Source of the DNA: a virus
Taxonomy: Duplodnaviria > Caudoviricetes
Direction: 5' to 3' (one strand)
DNA: 25,635 nt
Virus record (IMG/VR): IMGVR_UViG_3300025018_000497
Span: 1 to 25,635 of that record
Shown piece by piece: positions 24,372 through 25,635 of the stretch. Position 1 is the stretch's first letter; every line of letters starts with the position of its first letter. Below the pieces are notes generated by a model. It had not been told where the DNA came from and did not search any database. It saw only the letters and a list, made by a program, of their open reading frames with translations. The position numbers were made by a program, and so were the translations under genes.

Positions 24372-24454
24372 GATTCTTCTCTGCGCCGCAGTAGCCATCC
24401 GATGACCAGCCCCGCGGCCCAGCTGCACGCGCATGCCAAGCTAAACCAGATCAT
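24368..24454 (-). CDS. 28-aa hydrophobic mini-protein (not in the ORF track)
   Basis: MIWFSLACACSWAAGLVIGWLLRRREES*. ATG overlaps the MTase TGA; its TAA overlaps the endolysin TAA in TTAA 24368-24371. Paralogue at 25487. Confidence 0.6.
   Translation of the reverse strand: MIWFSLACACSWAAGLVIGWLLRRREES
24372..24454. repeat. Imperfect direct repeat, copy 1 (copy 2 at 25417-25487)
   Basis: Shared AGCCATCCGATGA and CCAGCTGCACGCGCA[T/C]GCCAAGCTAAACCAGA[T/C]CAT, with a 12-nt indel between the blocks. Confidence 0.92.
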
Positions 24455-25299
24455 TTTCGGCAGCAGATAGCCCATTCCAGCCTCACCCACGGAAACGTCG
24501 GGTCTGCCGCAACCTTCCACTGGTTATAAGACACGGGCCGAACCAAGTCCCTTGGGTACCCCACAACTGGCCTCAGCCCCGCCATGCACATGGTCCCGAT
24601 ATGCTTCTCGACCTCCGGCTGCTCTTGCCGGTTCCGGATGTAGTTCCGGAGGATGACGACGGCGACGCCGTCGCGTCGGAGGCTCTCGCGGATGCGGCGG
24701 TAGGACAGATAGATCGCCGTCCAGCGGTCCTCCTCCCGCCTGAAGTTGGCGATGTTCGCCGGGTTGGGGCCGAACCCGTCGGCGTTGTGAAACCCCTTCT
24801 TTTCCCGTATCCCCCTACTGTGCTCCGTCGCCCCAGACGAGTGACTTTGGGCAAAAGGGTGCGACGTCAGCACGAGATCTACTTCGGTCTCCGGAACCCA
24901 GGCCACGGCGTCCCCTACCTCGATCTGGGCCGGGTGGCCCGTCAAATTCTTCCTTGCGATATCGACGCAGTTCTGCTCGATGTCGGCGCCGTAGAGCGTC
25001 TTAATCTTCTCTGGGGGAACCCGCATCCACAGACCCCCAGCTCCGATCATAGGGTCAGCGCATAGGACTTTTTTCCCATGGCAATACTTGTCAACGAGCC
25101 ACGCGCCTACCGGTGGCCGGTTCCGCCCCGGCACCCGGGTCGTTCCCCCGGCAGACCCCTCCCACTCGGAAGACGTGGCCGGCCCCGGGAAGGGGATGAA
25201 CTCCCCGAGCTCGATCCCCCACTTGGCGGCGCACTCTAGCGCTGGAGCTTTCGCTTCGACCGGTATTGCGCGAACCAAGTCTCGAGGACGCTGGTTCAT
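24451..25299 (-). CDS. SAM-dependent amino (N4-C/N6-A)-type DNA methyltransferase-like protein
   Basis: Motif I ADPMIGAG, YGADIE, GDA, and motif IV DLVLTSHPF. Start set at ATG 25299, which overlaps the upstream stop (ATGA). Confidence 0.8.
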   Translation of the reverse strand: MNQRPRDLVRAIPVEAKAPALECAAKWGIELGEFIPFPGPATSSEWEGSAGGTTRVPGRNRPPVGAWLVDKYCHGKKVLCADPMIGAGGLWMRVPPEKIKTLYGADIEQNCVDIARKNLTGHPAQIEVGDAVAWVPETEVDLVLTSHPFAQSHSSGATEHSRGIREKKGFHNADGFGPNPANIANFRREEDRWTAIYLSYRRIRESLRRDGVAVVILRNYIRNRQEQPEVEKHIGTMCMAGLRPVVGYPRDLVRPVSYNQWKVAADPTFPWVRLEWAICCRK

Positions 25300-25487
25300 A
25301 AACCCGTCCCCCGGATCTGGGCAGGCGGTCCCGGGACCTCGGATGGCCCGTCCCCCAGGATCTCGGCGAGAGACGCGGGGCCGATCCTGCGGCGGGCGAG
25401 CTTCCCCCCAGCGCACGACTCCTCCCGCTGCTGCAGCAGCCATCCGATGAGCCAGCTGCACGCGCACGCCAAGCTAAACCAGACCAT
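25296..25487 (-). CDS. Small protein with a hydrophobic N-terminus, paralogue of the 24454 mini-gene
   Basis: MVWFSLACACSWLIGWLLQQREES...; GAGGAGG upstream; stop coupled to the MTase start. Confidence 0.55.
   Translation of the reverse strand: MVWFSLACACSWLIGWLLQQREESCAGGKLARRRIGPASLAEILGDGPSEVPGPPAQIRGTGL
25417..25487. repeat. Imperfect direct repeat, copy 2
   Basis: Matches 24372-24454 apart from a 12-nt deletion and scattered substitutions. Confidence 0.92.
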
Positions 25488-25635
25488 GACCCTGACTTTC
25501 CTCCTCCTCGGCTACCGCGCTCAAGAGGGACCATGCCAGTACAGCCACTCGAGCCACCTGTCCATTTCCAGTGGCTCGAGCGCGGTCCACCCGATAGGCC
25601 ACCCCATCATCCACTCCCGCCAGCAAATCCACGGG
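25474..25635 (-). CDS. C-terminal end of a C5-cytosine DNA methyltransferase (partial)
   Basis: Frame from 25635 reads ...GVDDGxAYRVDRARATGNGQVARVAVLAWSLL...HGLV*, matching the motif X pattern (RVDRLxAxGNGQV) of phage C5-MTases. Confidence 0.75.
   Translation of the reverse strand, partial: PVDLLAGVDDGVAYRVDRARATGNGQVARVAVLAWSLLSAVAEEEESQGHGLV
25521..25634 (-). CDS. Overlapping alternative-frame ORF end carrying a C5-MTase motif IX-like segment (partial)
   Basis: Second minus frame reads PWICWREWMMGxPIGWTALEPLEMDRWLEWLYWHGPS*. Confidence 0.6.
   Translation of the reverse strand, partial: PWICWREWMMGWPIGWTALEPLEMDRWLEWLYWHGPS

Larger units (their letters stand above)
1..25635. mobile_element. 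Tailed phage/prophage (podovirus-type, BPP-1/T7-like virion gene order): packaging, head, tail, ejection and lysis genes plus convergent methyltransferase genes
   Basis: Continuous, tightly coupled + strand gene run: terminase, portal, scaffold, capsid, tail tube A/B, internal virion proteins, fibre, holin, endolysin. No tape-measure or sheath gene seen. No integrase or att site in the window, so prophage versus free phage cannot be decided. Confidence 0.95.

Noticed and set aside
24368-24454. Mini-genes with LACAC as lipoprotein (o-spanin) candidates
   Set aside because: The Cys residues are at positions 8 and 10 with no basic n-region or full h-region before them, there is no proper lipobox, and they are on the strand opposite the lysis cassette.

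Overview
The window is the late (morphogenesis and lysis) arm of a GC-rich (~60%) tailed phage or prophage of podovirus type, with gene order resembling Bordetella BPP-1/T7-like virions. On the + strand: the probable end of TerS, then TerL, portal, scaffold, major capsid, decoration proteins, tail tubular proteins A and B, four or five internal (ejection) proteins, a tail-fibre module, a trypsin-like protease and a holin/endolysin cassette. At the right end, convergent minus-strand genes include two DNA methyltransferases. Most notable points: (1) both genes in the tail-fibre slot start with Sec-type signal-peptide-like leaders, no T7-type fibre-attachment domain is visible, and a minimal serine protease follows; (2) tail tubular protein A carries an FCCH-like beta-domain nested inside another copy of itself, with a third copy in tubular protein B; (3) the ejection proteins carry inserted DPBB/3D-like and winged-helix-like modules; (4) an amino-methyltransferase with a non-canonical SHPF motif is bracketed by duplicated mini-genes; (5) a C5-methyltransferase end appears dual-coded in two overlapping frames. 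All family assignments come from by-eye motif recognition and synteny, not database searches.
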